A DNA stretch of 61,541 bases, from positions 1 through 61,541 of the IMG/VR virus record IMGVR_UViG_3300018481_000006; one strand, written 5' to 3'. This document shows, in pieces, positions 28,085 through 38,400 of this stretch. Below the pieces are notes generated by a model. That model made no database searches. It saw nothing but the letters and a program-made list of their open reading frames with translations, and was not told the origin of the DNA. Source of the stretch: a virus (Duplodnaviria; Caudoviricetes). Each line of letters begins with the position of its first letter. The stretch's first letter is position 1. A program made the translations under genes and the position numbers.

Positions 28085-28509
28085 GGCCGCTGTACGAAAC
28101 CGATGCCGACAGGTTGGCCGAGAAGAACGTGGCCGATCTGTTGGAGGTGCGCTGGACCTGCCAACTGAGCAAGCTGCCCATCGCCTACAGACTCGACTTT
28201 CTGGTCTGTACCATCCTGCAGCCACGTGCCTTCTGCGAGATCAAGGTGCGCAAGTACACGTGGGAGCAGATCAGCGACTGGGGCGGCTACATGCTTTCGC
28301 TGGGCAAGTGGGACGCAGCGCGCAACCTGTTCCTTGCCACTGGCCTGCCGTTCCTGCTGGTGGTCAGTTGCGCTGGCGACGTCCGCTGGCGTCTGTTCGC
28401 TCGCTTCCCGGTGGTGCCCATCAAGATGGGTGGACGCACCGACCGCGACGATTCGCAGGACATGGAGCCGGTGGTGATGATCGACTGCGCCAAGTTCAAC
28501 ACTCTGTAG
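28081..28509 (+). CDS. PD-(D/E)xK-type nuclease
   Basis: RPLYET...YRLDF...FCEIKVR...GGRTDRDD. Confidence 0.65.
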   Translation: MRPLYETDADRLAEKNVADLLEVRWTCQLSKLPIAYRLDFLVCTILQPRAFCEIKVRKYTWEQISDWGGYMLSLGKWDAARNLFLATGLPFLLVVSCAGDVRWRLFARFPVVPIKMGGRTDRDDSQDMEPVVMIDCAKFNTL

Positions 28510-28536
28510 CATCGACTGACCAATAGGAGCCAACCC

Positions 28537-28791
28537 ATGAAATCAGCAGAACAGCATCGAGCCAATCTCTCGTTTTTCTCGACCGGCGGCAAGTGGGCCA
28601 CCAGTGCCGTGAACAAACTGCTGGAAGACTACGAGCAGGTGCTTGCCGAGAACGAACGGCTGCGCGCGGCGATCACAGAGATCGAGGAGTGTCGCCAGCG
28701 TATGCGAGAAGCCGAAACGCGATTGTCGGCCATCTACAGCGACGACGGCGTGAAGGCGTGGCCGCACGCCCACCCGAAAGAGGCGGCATGA
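28537..28791 (+). CDS. Hypothetical coiled-coil protein
   Basis: AGGAGCC RBS; ENERLRA. Confidence 0.6.
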   Translation: MKSAEQHRANLSFFSTGGKWATSAVNKLLEDYEQVLAENERLRAAITEIEECRQRMREAETRLSAIYSDDGVKAWPHAHPKEAA

Positions 28792-28991
28792 CTGAGTCCA
28801 CCACAAAGCATCTGCTCAAGCTCGCCACAGACGAGAACGAACGGCTGCGCGCCTCGCTGACCGAGATCGTCAGGGTGGGCGTGAAGCGCCCGCCGCCGTC
28901 GGTGTCTGTGCTGGTGGCGCTGGCGTCGGACGCCCTCAAGGGCAAGCGTGCGATGCGCGACGAGAAGCGCAGCCCGCCGCGCAAGGAGTAG
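28788..28991 (+). CDS. Hypothetical protein
   Basis: ATGA overlap; ENERLRA motif shared with the upstream gene. Confidence 0.55.
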   Translation: MTESTTKHLLKLATDENERLRASLTEIVRVGVKRPPPSVSVLVALASDALKGKRAMRDEKRSPPRKE

Positions 28992-28996
28992 TAGCC

Positions 28997-29314
28997 ATGA
29001 TCAACACTGTGGAACGGCTACGCTCACCATTCAATGCTTGCTCACATCGCGCGCAGTGCATTGACGAGATCGAGCGGCTGCAAAAGGTGGTTAAGCATCA
29101 AGCCGCTACCATCAATTGCATGTTGGACGAAACCGTCGAGTGGGAGTGCGAGATCGAGAGCCTGCGGGCGGTCTTGAAGAAAGCCGCTACGGCGATCAGT
29201 GAAGAACTCGCCGCCGTCGGCCCCGACGAGGTTAAGCGGCACCCAGTATTGCGCCGCCACGCGAGCGTGTTGAAAAGCATCCACGCCGCGCTCGCCGCTA
29301 GTGAGCAGGGCTAG
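28997..29314 (+). CDS. Hypothetical protein
   Basis: AAGGAG RBS; DEIERLQ/EIESLRA. Confidence 0.55.
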   Translation: MINTVERLRSPFNACSHRAQCIDEIERLQKVVKHQAATINCMLDETVEWECEIESLRAVLKKAATAISEELAAVGPDEVKRHPVLRRHASVLKSIHAALAASEQG

Positions 29315-29483
29315 TTCTCGACGTGGTGAACGTACAGAGTAGGCTCTTCCGGGTGCTGATCCGGGTGACACCAGCACTCCACGCTCATCTCATGCTCCCT
29401 GCCGAACAGGGGGTAGACGTGGACGTAGCCGTCGCCCACCTCCGGCTCTGTAGCGGGGTGGTTGTTGACGCGGTTGGCCCGGG

Positions 29484-32400
29484 CTACCACTTCGCCACCG
29501 TCACCGTGTAGCTCTTCAGCATCCGGTTGTTGAGTTCCTCGATCTTCTTGTCGATGCGGTTCTTCTCTGTAGCCTCGTCGTCGACCTTGAGCTTGCCGTC
29601 AATGATCGCCGCCTTGCGCTTGTACAGTTCGCCGGTCTGCTTGGTCATCGCCTTGAAGGTGGCGTCGATGCCGGCCCAGCCGGGATGCTCCTTCGCCAAC
29701 TCGCGCCGCTCCTCTGGCGTACCGTTCTTGGCGATGTTCTGGAACTCGTTGATCTCGGCCTTGGCGTCCTGCAGGGCTTCGTAGACCTTGCCCTTGGAAG
29801 GCTCGGCCAGCACCCGCCGCACCACCGGATACTCCTTCGTCTCTGTAGCCTCGCCGGTGGCGATCTTCTTCAGCGTCGACAGACCACGGCCCAGCACGGT
29901 CGGGATGCCGGGGAGCGCGGTGCCGGCCCAGAAGTCGATGCTGTCTGGGCTGACGTCGATGCCACCCGCCTTGGCCGCGCTGCCCTGCGTCAGCGAGTTC
30001 AGCCCGCTGGCGATAGCGCGCGACGTCGCGCTGGCGCTCATGCTGCCGGTCTGTGACTCCGGCTGCTTGGCCCCGTAGGCGCTGCTCTGCTCGCGGTAGA
30101 TGCGACTGCCGAAGCGGTTCTCGTTCATCCCGAATTCGATGAACGGATCGACGGCAGTGGGTGCCACGGTCTTTGCAAGCCATCCAGCGAGCGTCTTGCT
30201 ATCCGCACCCCCAATCGGGTCGAACGCGCTGTGTGCGGCCTTCAGGCCGGCGAACGCGGACCCCACCGGCGAGCGCCCGAAGAACGCGTCGGCGGCGAAG
30301 TTGCCCATCGCGTAGAACGCGTTCCAGCCGTACGGCAGCGGCAGCTTGGGGCCGTGCGCGAACGGGATGATGTTGGTCGAGCGGTCCCAGTCGGAAAGCT
30401 GCTGGTAGTCGGGGATGCCGTTCTCGTCGTCGTCGCCCCCGGCGTTGCCGGTGAGTCCGGCCACGAAGCCCATGCCGAACAGACCGGCAGCGATGGCCTT
30501 GCCCTGCGGCGAGCGCATCGCTTGGTAGATACGCGCGGTGCCCTGCACGGCAGGGTTGAAGAACAGGAACAGAGAGGTTAGCTCGCTGCTGGTGCCCTTC
30601 CTCTGGAAGTTGGTGGTCAGGTTCTTCACATAGTCGGCGGCGTTGGCCTTCGTCCAGCCGGCCTCGACCAGCACCTTGTAGGCGATCACCCGTGGTGCCG
30701 CCTCGATGGACGAGTTGACGTCCTCCAGCCACTTCACCGCGCCCTCGGCGTGCGACTTCTTGTACGCGTCCAGCGCCTTGCCCTTGATCCCGGTGCCGGT
30801 CAGGCGCTGCTCCATCGCCTTCAGCTTTTCGGCGCGGTCCTTGAGGCTTTCCAGAGCGAAGAACTTGGTGATGCCGCCCTGCTCGGCGAGGTCGTGGTAC
30901 CACTGGCCCAGACCGGCCTGATGGTTGGGGTCTGTAATCGCCTTGTAGATGTCCTTGTGGCCCTTCAGGGCCAGTATCTGCTTGAGTACCGTCTTCTCCA
31001 TCCCCGGCGGCATGTTCGGTTTGTTCTTGTCCGCCGCGATGTTGTAGAACGCCGTCTGTACGTCGCGTGCCGCGTTGATCAGCGCCCACTCCGGGTTGAG
31101 CGTGGTCATCATCGAGGCAAGGAACTTGTTGAATTTGCGCGCCTTGTCCAAGATCACGCCGTCGCCAGTGGCGCTGGCCCCGGTTATCGCGTTGGCGAAA
31201 TCCTCCTGATGGAGATCGATCTTGGTCGGTATCCCGTTCTGGTACGCTGTCACCACGTTGGGGTTGGTGAGATCGTTGTCGTTGGTGTAGCGGATGGTGC
31301 CCTTCTCGGGATCGAAGGTGCGCCGCGCCTTCATCGGGTTCAGCGTCCAGAACTTGGGGTCCGGAAAATCCGCCGCCAGATTGGCGAGCGACAGAGCGAC
31401 TTCGTTCTTGCCGGCGCGCACGATCTTCGCCTCGGCGTCCAGCAACAGATGCGAGACGACGTGCTTGGCTTGGGTTTCCCGGCCCATCGCGTACTTCAAC
31501 AGAGACGCCTTGCCGGAGAAGCCACGGCCCACGCCCAGCCCGCTGGTGATCTCTGTGGTGTCGTCGTCGTCCAGACCCTTGAGCGGTCTGTAGTGCTGGT
31601 ACTTGCGCAGGCCAGCGGCGGTGTCGGCGTCGATCAGGCCCGCCTTCTCCATCCGGCTGACCTTGTCCTCGCTGATCTCGTCGGCGATCCTGCCGATCTC
31701 GTTTAGCTCGGCGGCGTACGGCACGCTGGCGTAGGTGCGCAGCGTGCGGTTGGCTTCGTCTGTAGACATCCCGGAGCCGTCGGTGATCGGCCCGCCGTCA
31801 CGATCCTGCGTGCGCTGCTCGATCTGCTCGTTGCGCTCCTCGGCGTGCTGCGCGATCAGGAAGGTGTCGATGTCGTTCATCGTCGCGCCCTTCTTCATCG
31901 CCTTGCCGATCTGCTCCTCCATCGGCTCCGCGTACTTGCGCTGGAACCGCTCCATCTGCTCACCGACCTTGCCGGCGAACAGCGTGATCTTCTGGTAGAC
32001 GTTGGAGGCTGCGCTGATCACGCCGCCCTTGCGCACGATGTCTTCCTGCAGCGAGCGCACGTCGATGTTCGCGTCCTGTGCGCGTCTCTGTAGATTGCGC
32101 CGCAACTCCTTGCCCTTCTTGTTGAACAGACCGGTCGCGTCCAACGCACGGTCGACGTTGCGGGTGAACCAGTTCTGCCCCGGCTGCGGCGAGGTGTCGT
32201 GGTCGTACAGAGCATCCGGGCCACGCGGCCACGCGTCGTTGAAGCCCTCCTCCAGAGCGGAAGCCTTGCGCCGTTCGAGCCTCACGCCGCGCTCGCGCAG
32301 CATGTTGATCGCCTCTACAGAGGTGGCGGCGTTATGCTCGGAGTAGTCGTCGCGGATGTCGCCGTCGGGGGTCACCGCCTTGTAGATGAACCACCGCTGG

Positions 32401-35400
32401 TTGGGCGCGTTGTAGGTCGCCATGCCGACGATCTTGTCGCCCTTGGTGGCGTAAATCTCCTGCGGGTTGAGCAAGTCCTTGCGCGAGAACTTGACCTGCG
32501 CACGCCGCCCAGAACTCCTCGACAGAGCGCGCGTCGCGGTTTCGCGGTTCAGCCGGTCGGCGTAACGCTCGGCTAGCCGCCGCGCCGCTTGGCGTTCGTA
32601 TCGTCTCTGAGTACGCTCAACAAACGGCCCCGCTTGGCCTGCAGTTCCTTGGTTGGCTTGGTCACCTTCTGCTGGCGCATTATGTCCAGCACCAAGTCCA
32701 TAGAGTCCTTTGATACGGTTTCCAAGCCCTGCTTCCCGGAGGAGTCCTTGGTACGGTTTGGTTTCATCGGTGAATAGGTTCCTGAAGTCGACGTTGGCAG
32801 CGATCAGATCGTCTGTAAGTGCGCCGTCGTTGAGCAGTTCCATCGCGTCACGCGATTCGCCGGTGCGCTCCTGAAGCTGGTACAGAGTCTTGGCCCATGC
32901 CCAGATCGTGGTCTGTACCTCGGCAGGCGTCCACTCCACGCCGGTGCGCTTGGTGAGGATGCGCGCCGCCTCGCGAGTGCGTGAGTTCATGGCTAGGTAG
33001 CCATGTCCCTTGCCGGAGTCGAGTCCGGTCAGCTTGCCGCCGAATATCTCCTGCTCGACCGCTGCGTACGCCGCCATCCACGCGTCGTTGGTGACCTCGC
33101 TGGCGTCACCGATCAGGTTGCGGAAGAACGAGTTGACCTTCGGTCCCGACAACAGAGAGATCATGCTGCCCGGGTCTTCGGCGGTCAGCGAGCGGATCGA
33201 GTTGTTGACCAGCGCCGGCAGCACAGAGAGATCGGCGATGCGGGCACGAGCCACCTTGGAACGCTTCTCCAGAGCGGATAACTCGGCGACCAGCGTGTCG
33301 TGACCTTTCCTCGGGTTGATGCCGAACATCTTGGCGATGTCGCGCAGGTCGTCGGTTTCGCGCGTCTCCATCGGCGGAACGCGGATCGCCCCACGCAGGA
33401 TTTGCTTGATCGTCTTCGCATCTGTGGGCCGTCCGGCCTTGTCCCAGTCGCGCCATACCGCCAGCGAGTTGCGCAGGTTGTCCTGCACGCTGACCCGTGG
33501 CGACATCGACGACAACAGAGCGGCGAAGCGCGGCGCGTCGATGCCGAACACCTGATGCAACGCCGCTACAGAGCCGGTGTACCAGTCGCGCTTGGCGCGT
33601 CCGGCGTGGGCAACCGCCGCCATCTCCTGCGCGCTCGGCACGTGCTGCAGGGTGCGCAGGAAGTTGAAGGCGATCTGCGCCATCGAGCCGTCTTTGAGGT
33701 ACAGCTTCTTGGCCTCGGCTTCGGTCAGGAACCGCTCGGCGGCGCGCAGCGCCTTCGCCTGACTGCCGGTGGTCTTGGCGAGTCCTTTGCGCGAGTAGCG
33801 GATGTCGGGGTTGCGTGGATCGAACGTGCCGACGTTCTCGGTCGCGCTCTTGATCTGCCCCGGCTCAAACGCGATGTACGAATCCTTGCCGGCGTCCTCG
33901 TACTTGTTCTTGTAGACGATGCCGTCGTGACCCGATTGCTTGGCGAGGTCGATGACCTCCTTCCAGTTTGCGTTGTCGCCCATGTCGCGCACCCGCATGG
34001 GGTTCTGTAGCGACAGGTAGGTTGCGGTCAGCGTGCCAAGGTCTTCCATATCAGACTCGGCGTTCGCGCTCTCAGCAAACTGGCGAGCGGTACCGCGCCC
34101 CGCCAGCACCGCACGCTCCTCGGCGTGCCAGCTTTCGTCGGTGACATCCTCCGACGTCGTGCCGTCATTCATCTTCCAGTACCAGCGCCCGTCCCGTTTG
34201 TACGCGGTGACCCCGTCCACGGCGTCGTCGATCTGCTTGCCGGTAGCGCGCTCCTGCGCAGCCTGAAACGTGCCGAAGTGCATCGGCCCGCTGGGCGTGT
34301 AGTTGTCGGGATCGGAAGCGAAGCTGCCGTGGTGGTAGACCGTCATCGGCCTGCCGGTCGGCGTCACCACCTTGCTGTCCTTGAACCAGTCCTTGAACGC
34401 CGCCGTGTCGGTTTGCCGCTCTGCGGTGTCGACTTCCGGGTTGCCGTACTCATCGACCGGACCGATATAGCCCATGCCGAACTCGGCACGAGAGAACTTG
34501 ATGCCACCCAACAGAGGCTTGATGATCCGCCGCATCGGGTCGGGCAGCTTGCTCAACGTCTCGGGATCGTCCAGCACCCGGTCGACCAGCTTGCGCAGCC
34601 GCTCTTCCGCCTTCTCGCCCCACTCGGTCTTGAAGTGGCGTCCGACCACATCCTGTTGGGCCGGCGTCAGGTTCTGTAGACGCTGCGCAATCGCCGGACG
34701 CTCGGCCTTCACCAGCGCCTCCAGACGTTCGCGCTTTTCCTTGACCTTGGCCTTGGCCGCGTCGACCTTGGCCTGCTCCTTGGCCTTGACCTTCTCCTCC
34801 TTCACCCGCTCGCGCTCGATGAGAGCGAGGCGCTTCTGTTCCTCTGTAAAGCCCTTCTCGCCCTCGGCGCGCCACTCGTTGATCTGGTCGTACGCCTCGA
34901 CGATGCCTTCCTCGTCGGCGACGGCGCGGATGAAGTGGTTCTTGTGATCGCCGATCAGGTCGTCGAAATCCGGGTCGCTCTTCTTGGTGGCGATCTTCTC
35001 GTCCCAGATTTGCTTCGCCGTCTGGTACGCCTCGCTACGCCTGACCTGACCGCTGGCGGCTTCGCCGCGCCGGTTCTTCGCCTCTGATGCGTTGACCTGC
35101 CCGAACACCCGCTCCAGTTCCGGGTAGGTGATGTCGCGACGCCGGTACATATCGTAGGCGTCGGCCCAGTAATCCTGCACGTCCTCGGACAGCTTCACCC
35201 ACGGGAACTCGCCGTCGGCTTCGTCCGGCTCCATCTTCTCGTCGTAGAACCACGCCGCCTTCTCGCGGACTTGGGCCTTGGTCAGCTTCTCCAGTTGGCG
35301 ATGCTCGACGATCAGGTCGCGCACCCTGCGGTTCAGCACCCGCAGGTCTTTGAACATGCGCGTCTCTTCTACAGAGCGCGGCTTCTTCTTGACGTTGGGG

Positions 35401-38400
35401 TCGGCGAGCTTCAGCGCCTCGGCCAGCGCCTGCTTCCAGCGCGCCAGCATGGCAACGAACTCTTCCATCATCCGCACCACGAGCGGCCTCTGTTCAACGT
35501 CAACAGAGTCGTGGAGCATCTTCCAGAACTCTTCGTCCATGAACGCCGTGCCCATCGCGTCGGCGGACACTTCGTCGCGAGTCTGGTCGCCAATGTCCTC
35601 CAACGACGGGCGCGTCTCGTCGCGCGCCTTGGCTTCGGCCTCCATGCGCAACTTGAGGTTGTGCTGGTACGTCGCGAACATTTTGCGGTCGGCGATCTTG
35701 TCGACCTCGTCCATGAACTTCGACCACAACGCCGGGTTCAACTCGCGGATGTTGTGGCCGATCTCGTGGCCGATGACGAACATCTCCGGCTTCTTGGCGT
35801 TGGCGTTGACGTAGATGGTGTCCGGGTCGCCCGGGAGCTTGAACCCATCCATCGCGTCGACACGCTGGTTGGCCGGCGTGTAGAACTGCACGTTCTGGTC
35901 GAGCAGCTTGTGGATGACCAGCGAGAAGTTCTTGTACTTATCCGGCGTGTCAACAAGCGTGACGCTGTGCTTGTTGCCGAACTCCGGCGCAAGGTATTCG
36001 TTGACCAGCACCTCGCGCTCGTCGCGGCTGGCTCCCTCCGGGACGGTGCGCTCTGTAGCGGTGCGGCCCTTGCGGCGAATCTTCTTGCGCAGCACCTTCA
36101 GCGCCTCGTCCGCCGTGCGCTGCTTCGGCTCCTTCTTCTCCTCTGTAGGCTCCTTGGCCGCTTCCTCGGCAGCCGCGTCAGCCTCCTCCTTGATCGACTC
36201 GTGAGTGCGAAAGTCGTCGGCGATCTTGTCCAGAATGCTGTTGATCGTGTCGTCGCGCCGAACCGCGATGCGGATAACCGTGCCGTCCTCGTAGTGCTGC
36301 TCGATGCGCTGGAACTTGCCGTTCTTCAGCCAGACGTGGAGCGTGGCCGGCTCGCCGTTGCCGTCGATGCCGTCGAAGGAAAGGTCCGGCTCTAGCGCCT
36401 CTGCTTTCCCTTCATCTTTGGCGGCAGCTTCTTTCCCTTGCTCGCCTTGTTCCACTCGTCCACGTTTACGCCCTGCTTTGCCAGCTTCTTCCGATTCGCG
36501 TTGAAGAACTTCTGCTGCGCCTTGCTTTGGAACGGCATCTTTCGCCTCCTTGGCTTTGCTGACCTCCTTGGCCTTCTTGGCGGCGGGAGCGTCGTCCTTA
36601 AGCAGCACCGTGGCGGTGGGGTCGTAGTCGCCATCCACCTCGCGGTCGCCGTGCGCGACGGTGAGTCGCACCCGACCACCCTTGCCCTTGCCGACCTTGG
36701 TCACGCGCACGAACTTGCTGCCGCCGACGCTGATCCAGTTGCCGACCCGAAGATGGCTGACCGGCGTCTCGCCCTCGACCGGCGCTTTTTCAGCAGTAGC
36801 CTTCGGCGCGGGTTTCTGCTCTGTAACCGGCGGCGCTGGAAGTTTCGGCGCGACCTTGGCGGCCTTCGCCTTGCTGGTCTTCTTGGCGTCGGTGGCGGCG
36901 GGAGGCTCTGTAGTCTCTGTAACCACCGGCGTTTCGGTGATAGTGGGCGCTAACTCGGCATCGACCTTGGCGGCCCGCTCCTCCAGAACCTCGGTGATCG
37001 GGGTGATCTCTGTGGTGCCGTCGACGGGCGTCTGGTCCTGCACCGCCTTGACGTTCGGCCCACCCGGCGTGGTGGCGGCCTGCATGACCACGTTGCCGGC
37101 AGCGTCCTTGGCGGTGACCGCGACCTTCGGCCCGATCTGGCTGGCGACCTCCAGCTTGCTCTGTGGGATACCGAGAAGGCTGGCGCGCTGCTTGTCTGTA
37201 AGGGGGCCGTGGATGTTGAGGATGGCCTTGGCCTTGTCCGGGTTGGTGGTCAGGTACAGACCATCGCCACCCTTGAAGATTTTCGACACGCCCTTGGGGA
37301 TCGCCGGGATCGGTGTCCCTGACCGGATGCCGGCGATGTACACCGTGTCCTTGGGGTGCTTCGGGTCGGTCATCGCCGCGATCTGCGCGTTGATGTCGCT
37401 CGACGGCTCGGGCATGGTGAACGCCGCCTCGGCCTGCCGCTCGTCCACCACTGGCGCGTTGGCGGCTGTAGCGGGCGCTGCGGTGACCGGAGGTGCGCCG
37501 GTAGCCGCGACGTCCGCTGGGGCTGCCACTGGCGGCTGCAGACCCTGCGCCGTGGCCTTGGGAGCGTGGCGGTCCGCCAGTGCGTCCAGATCGGCCTGCA
37601 CGCGGCCCAACGTCGCGTAGATGGCGGGACGCGCACCGATGGAGTCGAGCGCGGCCTGTGCGTTGCCAACCAGTTCCTTGAGGCCGGTCTGTACCGCCGG
37701 CAGGTCGCCCTGCCGAGTCAGCACGCTGATGCGCTCGGCCAAGTCGTCCGCCGCGCCCACCGGATCGCCGCCCGGAGGCTGCAGCCCACGGCGCTCGCCC
37801 GGGGTTATCGCCGGCATCTCGCGCTCCGGCAAGCTCTCGACGGTAGCGTTGGGGTCGCCCTTCAGGTACCGCTCCTGCTCGGCAGCGTTGCGCCCACGCG
37901 CGCCGGCCACCGCGCCTGCGCCGACGCCACCGACTGCGCCGACAGCGGCCTCGTTCAGGTAGCTGCGAATCGCCTCGGCGTCGGCCAGCGTCTGTTGCGC
38001 GCCCCAGCGTTCGGCCACACCCTGCAGCCCCTCTGTGCCGCCGTCGAGGAAGCCTTGCGCCAGACCGCCCTTGATCACCCGTCCGACCACGTTGGAACCG
38101 TGACCGGCCCCGCGCAGCACCCGCCCGATGGCGGTCATGTCGACCAGCGTGTCCAGCCCCGCAGAGCCGGCAGCGGCAGCACCGATGCGGCCAAGCTCCG
38201 GCTTCGGCCCCTCGCCGGCCTGATAGCGTTCCTCGGCCCCGCCGTAGATGCTGCCTGCCGTAGCGCCGAGATTGAGGCCGTAGCTGGCGGCGGTGGCCCC
38301 CACCAGTTGCGCGGTGTACTCGGCAGCCTTGAGCTTGGTGGCCTCGCTGATCGCGTTGCGGCCCGCCATCTGTGCCGCCTGCTGGGCTGCCGCCTCGGCG

